Assembly (NCBI GenBank): GCA_000995065.1
Contig: LBWX01000002.1
Span: 223,708-287,707, forward strand
DNA length: 64,000 bases
Origin: a candidate division CPR2 bacterium GW2011_GWC2_39_35
GTDB lineage: Bacteria; Patescibacteriota; CPR2
Direction of reading: 5' to 3'
Below are positions 9,645-19,707 of this stretch, in pieces (position 1 is the first letter of the stretch; each line of letters begins with the position of its first letter). The position numbers and the translations under genes were made by a program. The notes under the pieces are model-generated. The model had not been told where the DNA came from. It did not search any database and saw nothing but the letters and a program-made list of their open reading frames with translations.

Positions 9645-10592
9645 TTGAAATTATCGAGGTTTTTTTGCTTTGTTTTTGTTGTACATTCTCGAAAGACAAA
9701 GATAGCTGCTTTTGTAGTTGCTGCTTTGGTTGTGGCCTTAATAAGCTTTGGTGCTTTGCAAACAAATAAAAACACCGTTAAGGAAAAGAAGGTCGTAGCT
9801 TCAACACCCAAAGAGGTAACGCAAACAACCGTGCATTGCTCCGATCCTGGCCCGAACGGTGAGATTAAGGATTGGGAGAAAGAAGGTATGCCTGGTCCGG
9901 GGGTCTGTAACTACTTCGTGTTGTACGGTATCACCAAACACCTTGATGTTTATGATTTTTACGCGCTTATGGCATCAAAGCAAAAGTACGATAACTTTGC
10001 AGTTATCGAGCTTAATGATCAGGGGTTAGCTGATGGTGTGCCACCTGATGCAGAGGACTTAGAATGGCGAGTTCCTCGTAAAGTTAGGGTGGTTGCTTAT
10101 CCAGACCTTGAAAGCTACACTGGTCCAGAGGTTGGCGGGCGTTTGTATCGCTTAAATCCCAAGGTAGCTGACACATCGGAAGGCGAATGGCTACTTGAGA
10201 TCTGCGAGGAAGGTTTAGCGGTGGCTTATGTCCTTGTTAAGGGTAAAACTATACCTGAGCCAGAAACCCAAACGGTAAAAGTCAAATATGACTACGTAAA
10301 AAAGCCTTTTATTGAGGAAGGTAGCTACGAGGGAGCCGAAGGCTGGAACATCCAGTTTAAAGGCAGAACAGCGATAATTACAAAAAGTGTGGGGCTTGTG
10401 CCGACTTGTTTGGAAGCGACACACCGTGTAATTTACTATACCCCTCCGCCTGAATCAAAAAGAAGTAAAAAGATGTACGTGGTTTTGGCCAAAGGCCGTT
10501 ACCATCTCGGCAAAAAACTGACCAAGACAAAGTACATTGTTGTTACTGGAGATAAGTATTCTCTTCCTTGGGAGAAGGCGGAAGTAAGGTAA
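9645..10592 (+). CDS. Hypothetical exported/membrane-anchored protein (start uncertain)
   Basis: 315-aa ORF with N-terminal hydrophobic helix. Confidence 0.6.
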   Translation: MKLSRFFCFVFVVHSRKTKIAAFVVAALVVALISFGALQTNKNTVKEKKVVASTPKEVTQTTVHCSDPGPNGEIKDWEKEGMPGPGVCNYFVLYGITKHLDVYDFYALMASKQKYDNFAVIELNDQGLADGVPPDAEDLEWRVPRKVRVVAYPDLESYTGPEVGGRLYRLNPKVADTSEGEWLLEICEEGLAVAYVLVKGKTIPEPETQTVKVKYDYVKKPFIEEGSYEGAEGWNIQFKGRTAIITKSVGLVPTCLEATHRVIYYTPPPESKRSKKMYVVLAKGRYHLGKKLTKTKYIVVTGDKYSLPWEKAEVR

Positions 10593-10680
10593 TGTGCCAA
10601 AGTGATTCATACTCTCATGTCTTGAAATACCCATCATTGTAGATTCTTTAACAGAAACTGCGGCGATGGGTCTTTCTTTT

Positions 10681-11103
10681 TTATAGTTTCTGTAATAGCT
10701 TTCTAAAATATTTTCTTAAATTTGGATAGGTAAGTTTGTCTTCAACTTCATGAATCGGCACCCAGTCTACTTGGTCGCCTTCGTATTCTATGTTGGTCTC
10801 GGTGTTTAAAGGTCGCAGCAAAAACATGTGGACAACAACGTTTTTGTCTTCAAAGTCGTTGTAATATTCGTCGGGCGGTAGAGATTTAATCATTTCTGTA
10901 TCAATGCCGGTTTCTTCTTTAATTTCCCTAATGGCGGCAAATTCAAAGTCTTCGCCTTCGTCAACATGCCCCTTGGGGAAAGCCCAGTCATTGTGAAATT
11001 TGCGGTACAGTAAAAGCACGTACTTTTGGCCGTTTTCTTCCCGAAAAACTATGCCTCCGGCTTCTACAATTCTGCCTTTCTTGTCAAAAACTTTCTTTTT
11101 CAT
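10681..11103 (-). CDS. NUDIX hydrolase (Ap4A hydrolase-like)
   Basis: WAFPKGHVDEGEDFEFAAIREIKEETG. Confidence 0.9.
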   Translation of the reverse strand: MKKKVFDKKGRIVEAGGIVFREENGQKYVLLLYRKFHNDWAFPKGHVDEGEDFEFAAIREIKEETGIDTEMIKSLPPDEYYNDFEDKNVVVHMFLLRPLNTETNIEYEGDQVDWVPIHEVEDKLTYPNLRKYFRKLLQKL

Positions 11104-11273
11104 GGTTTAAGTATATACAAAAATTAGGCTTACGGCTAGGGAGATTCTTATTGAAAAACTCTATTTTTCATGCTAGAATATTCAAGTCAGAAAAGAGTCA
11201 GTGATCAAGGATCAGAGAAAGAGGCTAATTCGATATTTTTGTTCATTGCTCATTGTTTTTTGTTCCCTGACGT

Positions 11274-11350
11274 GGCAGGGTAGCTCAGTCGGTTAGAGCG
11301 TGGGAATCATAACCCCAAGGTCGCGAGTTCGATCCTCGCCCCTGCTACCA
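11274..11350 (+). tRNA. tRNA-Met (CAT), probably elongator
   Basis: GGCAGGG/CCCTGCT acceptor, ATCATAA loop, TTCGATC T-loop, ACCA. Confidence 0.88.
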
Positions 11351-11710
11351 TTTTTCGCCGATGGAGAGAAAAATGGCGGGCCATCCGAAGATCAAAGATT
11401 TTCACTGGTTGCTAATGACCGATAGCTAATGATTAGTCATAGACTACATTTGGCACATAGTACCCTAGCATAACCATTTTACTCAAATTTGTAAAAATTA
11501 AATACAAGAGCAAGTTAATAATCACCGGAAGGTGATTTTTGTTCAATCGACTCTTGAGTAAAAAATTTATTCACTATCAATTTATTACAAAATGAGTTAC
11601 AATTTTTAAGCAGAAGAATTCTAAAATTATCTTTTTATTTTGTTTGTTGATTCGTTATAATGTATATGTTAAACTAACATACTGAAATTTGTAAAAGGAG
11701 AAGAAAGTTA

Positions 11711-13585
11711 ATGGCAAATATTCCCAAAGTTCCAAAAATACCCAAAAAAGCGAGTGAAAGTAAGGCTTCCAAGGGCTTTATATATTTTCTTATTGGGCTT
11801 GCATTATTATTCGGAATTTACAGTCTTAACGACGGTGATAAGTCTAATATCGAGAGAGTTCCAATCTCTCAGGTTGTTCAAGAGGTGAAGCAAGATCAAG
11901 TTAAAAAAATACAGGACGATAAGGGTAACTTGACGGTTGAACTTAGAGATGGTAAAAAACAAAAGACGCAGATAGGCTCCGGCCAGTCTGTTACCACGCT
12001 TCTAAAAGATTACGGCGTCGATCCGGCCAAAGTTGAAACTTTAGACGTAGTAGAGAGTACTGATGCGAGCATGTGGGTCAATATTATTCTTTCGATTCTG
12101 CCGTTTGCGGTAATTGGTTTCTTTCTATACTTCATGATGAAGCAGGCGCAAGGTTCTAATAATCAGGCCATGATGTTTGGCAAGTCGAAAGCCAGACTTT
12201 TTGGACCGGATAAAAAGAAAGTAACTTTTGCCGATGTGGCTGGGGTCGAGGAAGCAAAACAAGAACTGAACGAGATTGTAGACTTTCTTAAAAATCCCAA
12301 AAAGTTTACCGATCTTGGCGCCAAAATTCCAAAAGGTGTTTTGATGGTTGGTTTGCCCGGAACGGGTAAAACCTTGCTTTCTAGAGCTGTAGCCGGCGAA
12401 GCTGGCGTGCCGTTTTTCTCCATTTCAGGTTCTGAGTTTGTGGAAATGTTCGTGGGCGTTGGTGCCTCTAGAGTAAGAGATTTATTCCAAAGAGCCAAAA
12501 AGAACGCTCCGTGTATTATCTTTATCGATGAAATTGATGCTGTCGGCAGGCAGCGAGGTGCCGGTCTTGGTGGATCTCACGATGAAAGAGAACAGACCTT
12601 AAACCAAATCCTAGTAGAGATGGATGGTTTTGAGCAGGATACGAATGTTATTGTGATGGCAGCTACCAACCGGCCGGACGTTCTTGATCCGGCGCTACTT
12701 AGACCCGGCCGATTTGACAGAAGGGTTGTTTTAGACGCCCCCGATCTTAAGAGCCGCGTTTCTATTTTGGAAGTTCATGCTAAGGGAAAACCTCTCGAAA
12801 AAGATGTCGATCTAGAAGAAATTGCCAAGCATACCCCGGGATTTTCCGGGGCGGATCTGGCTAACTTGGTAAACGAAGCGGCAATTTTAGCCGGCAGAAG
12901 AAACTTAAAAAAGGTGAGTCAATCTGAGCTTACCGAAGCAGTAGAAAAAGTTCTTTTAGGTCCCGAGCGAAAATCTCATATATTGTCTCCAAAAGAAAAA
13001 GAGATTACGGCTTATCATGAGGCTGGCCACGCTATTGTCGGTCATCTATTACCGCATTGCGATAAAGTTCACAAGGTGTCGGTAGTGTCTAGAGGACAAG
13101 CTGGCGGCTATACCTGGAGTATTCCGGACGAAGATAAATACATGCACTCGAAGGTGGATTTCGAAGATCAAATTGCGATGATGCTTGGCGGACGAATTGC
13201 CGAAAAGGTAATTTACGGTGCTGACAATGTGACGACCGGAGCCGAGAACGATCTTCGGCAAGCGACAAAACTCGCCCGAAAAATGGTGGTTGAGTATGGC
13301 ATGTCAGAAAAAATGGGTGCCAGAGTATTTGGCCACAAAGAAGAAATGGTCTTTTTAGGCCGAGAACTTGGTGAACACACCAAGGATTATTCTGAAGCCA
13401 CAGCTAACAAAATTGATGATGAAGTAACCCGAATCATCGGTGAAGGTATTCGTAAAGCTGAAAAGATCATTAAAGACCACACAGAAAAACTAAAAACCAT
13501 CTCCAAGGAACTCTTAGAAAAAGAGATCCTAAACGCTGCCGAATTCGAAAAGATCATGGGCGGGCCAAAGAAAGTAGCAGCATAA
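11711..13585 (+). CDS. ftsH: ATP-dependent zinc metalloprotease FtsH
   Basis: Two TM helices, Walker A GLPGTGKT, Walker B IFIDEID, SRH, HEAGH zinc motif. Confidence 0.98.
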   Translation: MANIPKVPKIPKKASESKASKGFIYFLIGLALLFGIYSLNDGDKSNIERVPISQVVQEVKQDQVKKIQDDKGNLTVELRDGKKQKTQIGSGQSVTTLLKDYGVDPAKVETLDVVESTDASMWVNIILSILPFAVIGFFLYFMMKQAQGSNNQAMMFGKSKARLFGPDKKKVTFADVAGVEEAKQELNEIVDFLKNPKKFTDLGAKIPKGVLMVGLPGTGKTLLSRAVAGEAGVPFFSISGSEFVEMFVGVGASRVRDLFQRAKKNAPCIIFIDEIDAVGRQRGAGLGGSHDEREQTLNQILVEMDGFEQDTNVIVMAATNRPDVLDPALLRPGRFDRRVVLDAPDLKSRVSILEVHAKGKPLEKDVDLEEIAKHTPGFSGADLANLVNEAAILAGRRNLKKVSQSELTEAVEKVLLGPERKSHILSPKEKEITAYHEAGHAIVGHLLPHCDKVHKVSVVSRGQAGGYTWSIPDEDKYMHSKVDFEDQIAMMLGGRIAEKVIYGADNVTTGAENDLRQATKLARKMVVEYGMSEKMGARVFGHKEEMVFLGRELGEHTKDYSEATANKIDDEVTRIIGEGIRKAEKIIKDHTEKLKTISKELLEKEILNAAEFEKIMGGPKKVAA

Positions 13586-13646
13586 TTTAGGTGGATGGGT
13601 TAATTGGTCATGGGGTTAACGGGTAGATAGGAAATTAGGCTAATAA

Positions 13647-13672
13647 AAAACGGGGCTTAACGGCCCCGTTTT
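13647..13672. terminator. Bidirectional intrinsic terminator after ftsH
   Basis: AAAACGGGGC-TTAACG-GCCCCGTTTT hairpin. Confidence 0.75.
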
Positions 13673-13679
13673 GTGTTTA

Positions 13680-13712
13680 GTCATTGCGAGGAGTCCGGCG
13701 ACGTGGCAATCT
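13680..13712. repeat. Short REP-like element (GTCATTGCGAGG...GCAATCT type)
   Basis: gtcattgcgaggagtccggcgacgtggcaatct between convergent genes. Confidence 0.55.
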
Positions 13713-13721
13713 TGCTTCGCT

Positions 13722-14588
13722 TTATAGAGAAATAATAATAAGGCCACTTACTATTATAAGTCCTGCTAAATATTGTTTTGTCTGAAGTTTTTCTTTATAA
13801 ACAAGCTTTCCGTAAATAATGGAAACCATTGGTCTTGCCGATCCCACGGCTGTAACGAGACTTACCGGGGCTACTCTTACGCCGTAGTTGTAAACAAGAC
13901 CGCCAAAACCGGCAAGAATGGCAACAAAGAAAATATATTTCATACTGCTTTTATCACTTAAAGAAAAGCTCCGGTTGGTAGCTAAAATATAAACTGCTGC
14001 ACCAATTGCAACACCAGTTTCAACTAATAGCGCAGCTAAAATTGGTCCGAAGGTATTAATGGGGATCTTAATTAGAAAAAAGTAAGCCCCAAGCCCTAAG
14101 CTGCCAGCTACTGCCAGCGGTACTCCGCTTGAGTAAGAAAAAAGGTGGGATTTCTTAATCTCCTTAAAATTAATCGATATCAGAATATTTCCTAAAACAA
14201 TTAAAAAAACTGCTATTACTTGTATTGTGTTTAAGGTTTCTTTAAAGAAGATCAAGGCGAGGATAATAGTAAAGATTGCAGATGATCCCGTGATTGGTGT
14301 TACCACGCCTACTTTCCCAAGCTTAAGTGATTGATATAAAGCAATGAGCGGGATTGCTCCGAGGCTTGACACCAAAATAGTAGTGATTATTGTTTGAGGA
14401 TCTAAGAAAATATTTTCATGATTGCTGAGCAGAAAAACCAGAAGTAGTAATATGCTAATAAAGACATTGCGATAAAATAACAGTTTCTGACTTCCATCTT
14501 TCTTAGCAGGCACTTTTGAAATCGCATTTGAAAGACCATAGCTAAGCATAGACATTAGTCCAAATAAAATACCAAGCGCTGTATTCAT
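13722..14588 (-). CDS. EamA/DMT family transporter
   Basis: About 10 TM helices with internal duplication. Confidence 0.85.
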   Translation of the reverse strand: MNTALGILFGLMSMLSYGLSNAISKVPAKKDGSQKLLFYRNVFISILLLLVFLLSNHENIFLDPQTIITTILVSSLGAIPLIALYQSLKLGKVGVVTPITGSSAIFTIILALIFFKETLNTIQVIAVFLIVLGNILISINFKEIKKSHLFSYSSGVPLAVAGSLGLGAYFFLIKIPINTFGPILAALLVETGVAIGAAVYILATNRSFSLSDKSSMKYIFFVAILAGFGGLVYNYGVRVAPVSLVTAVGSARPMVSIIYGKLVYKEKLQTKQYLAGLIIVSGLIIISL

Positions 14589-14778
14589 AAAGAAATTTTA
14601 GCTTGATTAAGTTATTTTGTCGATGCGATTTAGATTCATGATTTGTGTCGATAAACGGAGAATCTTAGGATAATTATTCTAGTCCGGGTAATTCTAAAGT
14701 TTTTTCATTTATTCTTTGCTGTTTCGAGATCTCTATTTCGCTCTTCAAAAGATAAGCGCAAAGTGCTAAAATAGCGAG

Positions 14779-16461
14779 GTGAGAAAATACCTCTACGAGA
14801 TCTCGAGAAAGAAGCTTACCGTTGGATCAGCGGCTATTATTTTGAGCTTTACTTCGCTGGCTTCTAATATTTTAGGTTTGTACCGAGAGCGAATTATAGC
14901 TTCCATGTTTGGTACCAACTATTTTGCCGAGATTTACGGCGCCAGTTTTAGACTGCCGGATCTCATCTTTAATATTCTTATCTTAGGGGCCTTATCGGCC
15001 GCTTTTATCCCGATTTTTATAGAAAGATTAGTGGAGGACGAGGATAAAGAGTCGGCTTGGCGGCTTGCAAATTCCTTTTTAAATTTGCTTCTTATTGTTG
15101 CGGTTGTTGGGGCAATCTTAATCGCCATTTTAGCGCCATACATCGTGCCCTTACTTGTGCCTGGTTTTAAACATAAACAGGTTGGAGTGGACATGATGCA
15201 AATTACCGTGAACACCACGAGACTTCTTTTATTGTCCCCAATCTTTATGTGTATTTCGGGGGTATTTTCGGGCATCTTAAACTCTTTTAAGAGGTTTGTA
15301 GCTTATTCGATCGCACCATTAATCTATAATTTATCAATTATTATAGCCGCTATTTTTCTGGCAGAGGGACACCAAGTTCCGGTTTATGGGCTAGCAGTTG
15401 GTGTAATAATCGGTGCTTTTTTCCATGCTGCTATTCAAATTCCGGCTGTAATAGATGCGGGTTTTAAATACCGTTTCATTCTAGATTTAAAAGATAATGG
15501 TCTTCGAAAAATCGTGAGGCTTATGGGGCCCAGAACCTTCACTATTGGGGTTACGCAAATTAATTTACTAGTTGATACCATAAAAGCGTCTTATCTTGTT
15601 GGGGGCATTGCGATTCTAAACTACGCTAATAATATTCAGACTTTGCCGACGGTGGTTTTTGGAATTGCCATTGCAACGGCGGCTTTTCCATATCTTTCGG
15701 AGGCGCTATCTTCTAAGAGACAAGAAGATTTTAGAAAAGCTTTTTCCTGGAGCTTTAAAAGGATTTTGTATTTTATGATTCCGGCCTCGGTGGGTATCAT
15801 TGTTCTAAGAGCGCAGATTGTAAGACTGATTTTTGGAATCGGAAATTTTGATTGGTCTAGCACGGAGCCTACGGCTTATGTTTTGGGTATTTTTGGCTTC
15901 GGTCTGGTAGCCCAAGGACTTCTTCCTCTTTTAACACGCACTTTTTACGTTCTTCAAGACACAAAGACTCCTCTTAAGATTGCTATTATTGGAATGGTAA
16001 TAAACGCTCTTGGGACAATATTCTTGCCCGGACTTTCTTTAACACTGCCGCAAATTATTTACAATCCATCAATCGGATTTTATGTGTTATGGTACCAATT
16101 TACATTGGGGGTCGGTGGTATTGCTTTGGCGTTTATAGCGGCTGGCTTTGTAACAATGTTTATGTCTTATATAGTTCTTCATAAACGACTTGGCAATTTA
16201 CATGACGCAGATATTATTAAAGATTTTGTTAAAATTTTGCTAGCATCAATAATAATGGGTATTGTCGCTCATTACGCTTTATACCTTTTTGATCCGTTAG
16301 TTCAAAACTCGGGCGGTAAGATCGCTAAGGGACTACTTCCGCAAACAATTTTATCGATTATTTTGGCCGTTATTTCTTATTTTAGTTTGACCTTAGTTAT
16401 GAAAATCGGGGAGTCCCGGGAAATATTAAGGAAAATTCAGAAAGTATTGGCGAAAAGCTGA
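14779..16461 (+). CDS. murJ: Lipid II flippase MurJ
   Basis: SNILGLYRE, FRLPDLIF, GALSAAFIPIF; many TM helices. Confidence 0.93.
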   Translation: MRKYLYEISRKKLTVGSAAIILSFTSLASNILGLYRERIIASMFGTNYFAEIYGASFRLPDLIFNILILGALSAAFIPIFIERLVEDEDKESAWRLANSFLNLLLIVAVVGAILIAILAPYIVPLLVPGFKHKQVGVDMMQITVNTTRLLLLSPIFMCISGVFSGILNSFKRFVAYSIAPLIYNLSIIIAAIFLAEGHQVPVYGLAVGVIIGAFFHAAIQIPAVIDAGFKYRFILDLKDNGLRKIVRLMGPRTFTIGVTQINLLVDTIKASYLVGGIAILNYANNIQTLPTVVFGIAIATAAFPYLSEALSSKRQEDFRKAFSWSFKRILYFMIPASVGIIVLRAQIVRLIFGIGNFDWSSTEPTAYVLGIFGFGLVAQGLLPLLTRTFYVLQDTKTPLKIAIIGMVINALGTIFLPGLSLTLPQIIYNPSIGFYVLWYQFTLGVGGIALAFIAAGFVTMFMSYIVLHKRLGNLHDADIIKDFVKILLASIIMGIVAHYALYLFDPLVQNSGGKIAKGLLPQTILSIILAVISYFSLTLVMKIGESREILRKIQKVLAKS

Positions 16462-16633
16462 AATATGATTTCAAAGTTCAAAACTCAAAATTCAAAGTTT
16501 CAGTTCAAAATTAAAAATTAAGCACTAAGTAGCAACTCATTTGTGCGCGGAAAAATTTTGAATTTTGTGAATGATTATAAAAAAGCGAATATTTTTGCTT
16601 CAAAAAAGACACGAATTACTATATAATATACCG

Positions 16634-18430
16634 ATGAATATTCGAGACTTCTGTATCATCGCCCACATAGACCACGGCAAATCGACGTTAGCCGATCGAC
16701 TTTTGGAATTTACGGACACTGTGTCTAAGAGAGAAATGAAAGAGCAGCTCTTAGACCAGATGGATTTGGAGCGGGAACGAGGCATTACTATTAAGCTTCA
16801 GCCGGTACGGATGAATTATAATTACGGCGGCGAAACTTACGAGCTGAATCTAATTGATACTCCGGGTCACGTTGATTTTACTTACGAGGTTTCTAGGTCC
16901 CTGGCGGCGGTTGAGGGGGCCGTTCTTTTGGTGGACGCCACTCAAGGCATTCAGGCTCAGACCTTAACTAACCTTCGATTAGCTCAGGAGCAAAACCTAA
17001 AAATTATCCCGGTGATAAATAAAATCGATCTTCCCTCTGCCGAAATAGATAAAGTGGTAGAGGAAATGGTTAATGTTATCGGGGTGTCCGAAGAAGAAAT
17101 TATCCTGGCATCCGGCAAGGATGGCTCCGGTGTTAAAGAGCTTTTAGATGCTATTGTAGAGCGCATTCCAGCACCAACTATGTCTCAGTCGGTACATAGC
17201 GATGTCAAAGCTTTAATTTTTGACTCTGTTTTCAATTCGTATAAAGGAGTTATTACATACGTAAGGCTAGTTGAGGGTAGGATTAAAAAAGGAGATAAGC
17301 TAAAATTTATGGCAACCGGAAAAGAAGCAGAAGCTATAGAAGTCGGTTGTTTTAAACCTCAGCTTTCGCCAACCGATACTATCGAGGAAGGCGAAATTGG
17401 CTATATTGTAACAGGATTAAAATCGGTGCGAGACGCCAAGGTAGGAGACACAATAACAAAAGCTGTGAATTCAAGGTCTGGCCTTGAGATCAGAGAGCTG
17501 GCGGGGTTTAAGGAGATCAAGCCATTTGTTTTTGCGTCAATTTTTATGATAGACGGCGAGCCAGCCGATCTTCGGGATGCTTTAGAAAAATTGCAGCTAA
17601 ATGATGCTTCTCTTACTTTTGATCCGGAAAATTCCCCCGCCTTGGGGCTTGGGTTTAGATGCGGTTTTCTCGGCCTTTTGCATTTAGACATAGTAAAAGA
17701 AAGATTAGAACGTGAATATAACTTAAATTTACTGGTTACAACGCCGAGTGTGTCTTATGAAGTCACCCAGCAAGGCGGCAATAAACTTCGGATCCACAGT
17801 CCTTCTGAGCTTCCTGACCCGGCAACCATCGAAGAAATTGCCGAGCCTTATGTAAAATTGGAAATCATTACCCCCTCGAATTATGTGGGGACGGTGATGG
17901 AGCTTGCGAATGACGCCAGAGGCGTTTATCGCGATATGTCTTATCTGGAGGAAACAACCGCGATCTTAGCCTACGAGATTCCGCTTGCCGAAATCATTAC
18001 GAATTTTTATGATGATCTTAAGAGGGTGACTTCCGGTTACGCTTCTTATAATTACGAATTTATCGGGGATATTCCGGGCGATTTGGTAAAACTTGATATT
18101 TTGGTGGCGGGCGAAAAAGTGGATCCATTATCTCTTATTGTACCTAGAGAAAAAGCTCAGTACATTGGCCGGCCGATCCTAGAAAACTTGAGAAATGTCA
18201 TACCGAAACAGATGTTTGAAGTTTCTTTGCAAGCAGCAATTGGTTCCAAGGTGATAGCCAGAGAAACCATCTCGGCACTCCGAAAAGACGTAATCGCCAA
18301 GCTTTACGGCGGCGACTATTCAAGGAAACGAAAACTTTTAGAAAAGCAAAAAGCCGGTAAAAAGAAGATGAAAAAAATCGGCCGGGTAGACATTCCTCAA
18401 GAAGCCTTTTGGGCGATGCTTAAGAAGTAG
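16634..18430 (+). CDS. lepA: Elongation factor 4 (LepA); start set at MNIRDF
   Basis: IIAHIDHGKSTLADR, DTPGHVDF, C-terminal KLLEKQKAGKKKMK. Confidence 0.98.
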   Translation: MNIRDFCIIAHIDHGKSTLADRLLEFTDTVSKREMKEQLLDQMDLERERGITIKLQPVRMNYNYGGETYELNLIDTPGHVDFTYEVSRSLAAVEGAVLLVDATQGIQAQTLTNLRLAQEQNLKIIPVINKIDLPSAEIDKVVEEMVNVIGVSEEEIILASGKDGSGVKELLDAIVERIPAPTMSQSVHSDVKALIFDSVFNSYKGVITYVRLVEGRIKKGDKLKFMATGKEAEAIEVGCFKPQLSPTDTIEEGEIGYIVTGLKSVRDAKVGDTITKAVNSRSGLEIRELAGFKEIKPFVFASIFMIDGEPADLRDALEKLQLNDASLTFDPENSPALGLGFRCGFLGLLHLDIVKERLEREYNLNLLVTTPSVSYEVTQQGGNKLRIHSPSELPDPATIEEIAEPYVKLEIITPSNYVGTVMELANDARGVYRDMSYLEETTAILAYEIPLAEIITNFYDDLKRVTSGYASYNYEFIGDIPGDLVKLDILVAGEKVDPLSLIVPREKAQYIGRPILENLRNVIPKQMFEVSLQAAIGSKVIARETISALRKDVIAKLYGGDYSRKRKLLEKQKAGKKKMKKIGRVDIPQEAFWAMLKK

Positions 18431-18724
18431 GCTAATTGGTTCATGACTAATTCAAAATGCAAAACTCAAAAGGCAAAATTACAGTTTAAAGGTTAAAATT
18501 GAAAGATTTTCTAAAAAGGGTTTTTTTGTTTGAGATCGACAGCTGTCGGTGAAGAAGCAATATAATTGATTGCTTAGTTAAGAGTCGAATCTAATTAAAA
18601 TAAGGCCTCGGAGAAAAGTTTAGGTAAGCGTTTAATCACTTAACTAAAATCTAATCTTTAGCCTTATTGGGATTCGGACCCTGAACGGTCCGAATCCCGT
18701 TCCACATAATCGCATAGCCTTTAT

Positions 18725-19024
18725 TTAAGGATGTGTCAGAAAATATAGAGCCATGCCGAGAGTTTCCAGGGTAAGCAAGACTGCGTATAAAATCTTTGCG
18801 GGCCATGGAATGCTTACGCTCTTATCCTTGATGTGATGATGCTCTATTACTAATGGTGTGGCAACTGTTGCTAGCAACAGTGAAACCTTTACGGTTTCAT
18901 TTGATTGGATCGGCAGAGCCAGCGATCCACAATAGACGCACATGATAAGCATCAGCATCAGGTTAGAAGAATGGACGCTTAAGCGATCTTGCATTTTACT
19001 AAGAACAACTCTAGCTGCAGTCAT
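18725..19024 (-). CDS. Small hypothetical membrane protein
   Basis: RBS AAAGGAGG upstream; three hydrophobic segments. Confidence 0.65.
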   Translation of the reverse strand: MTAARVVLSKMQDRLSVHSSNLMLMLIMCVYCGSLALPIQSNETVKVSLLLATVATPLVIEHHHIKDKSVSIPWPAKILYAVLLTLETLGMALYFLTHP

Positions 19025-19191
19025 TGTTAAGTTACCTCCTTTCGTATCGGGATTTTAGATTGGCTTTATTATAGCAAAAAATTCCTATTTTGTTAATAGA
19101 ATAGAAAAGTAATACTAACCTAATTGTCATATTATTTGTGATATTTTTAGTTAAGATTGTTTTGGTTAGAAACTATAGTTATAATATCAGA

Positions 19192-19650
19192 ATGGACTCT
19201 TTATTTTTTCAATATTGTCCAAAAATTGCTGTATTTAGTCAGGATGGATCAAGCGTTCTTTTGTGTCGTCGAAAAGGGGAGGCGGACTACGATGGCGTGT
19301 TCTCATTCATTGGTGGCAAGATGGAGCACAAGGATTTGTCAATTATCGATGCACTGAGTAGGGAGAAGACCGAAGAGGTCGGCGAATTGTTTCGGATAAA
19401 AGTTCTGCCTCATTACAGCATTGATACTTTTTTCGTAAAGAAGGATGGCAGTCGCATGATTCTTCCTCATTATTATGCCGTGCATCAATCGGGTGAAATC
19501 AATTTAAGCGAAGAATATGATGATTATCGTTGGGTTCCTTTAAACTCCCTTGATGAATTTGAGCCAAAGATTGAAAATATTGCTTGGATTGCAACACTTT
19601 TAAGCCGCGCTGCGACAATTGCAGAGGATGAGGATTTTGTTGCCGTTTAG
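19192..19650 (+). CDS. NUDIX hydrolase
   Basis: GGKMEHKD..IIDALSREKTEEVG Nudix box variant; LSEEYDDYRW. Confidence 0.82.
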   Translation: MDSLFFQYCPKIAVFSQDGSSVLLCRRKGEADYDGVFSFIGGKMEHKDLSIIDALSREKTEEVGELFRIKVLPHYSIDTFFVKKDGSRMILPHYYAVHQSGEINLSEEYDDYRWVPLNSLDEFEPKIENIAWIATLLSRAATIAEDEDFVAV

Positions 19651-19707
19651 TTTTAAGCTGTGGCTTTGACATTTGAGTTTTGACCTTTGAACTTATATAA
19701 TTACCCT

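Noticed and set aside
12163-17691. Antisense ORFs inside ftsH, murJ and lepA (and similar nested ORFs elsewhere)
   Set aside because: Shadow frames of well-supported genes with no independent coding signal.
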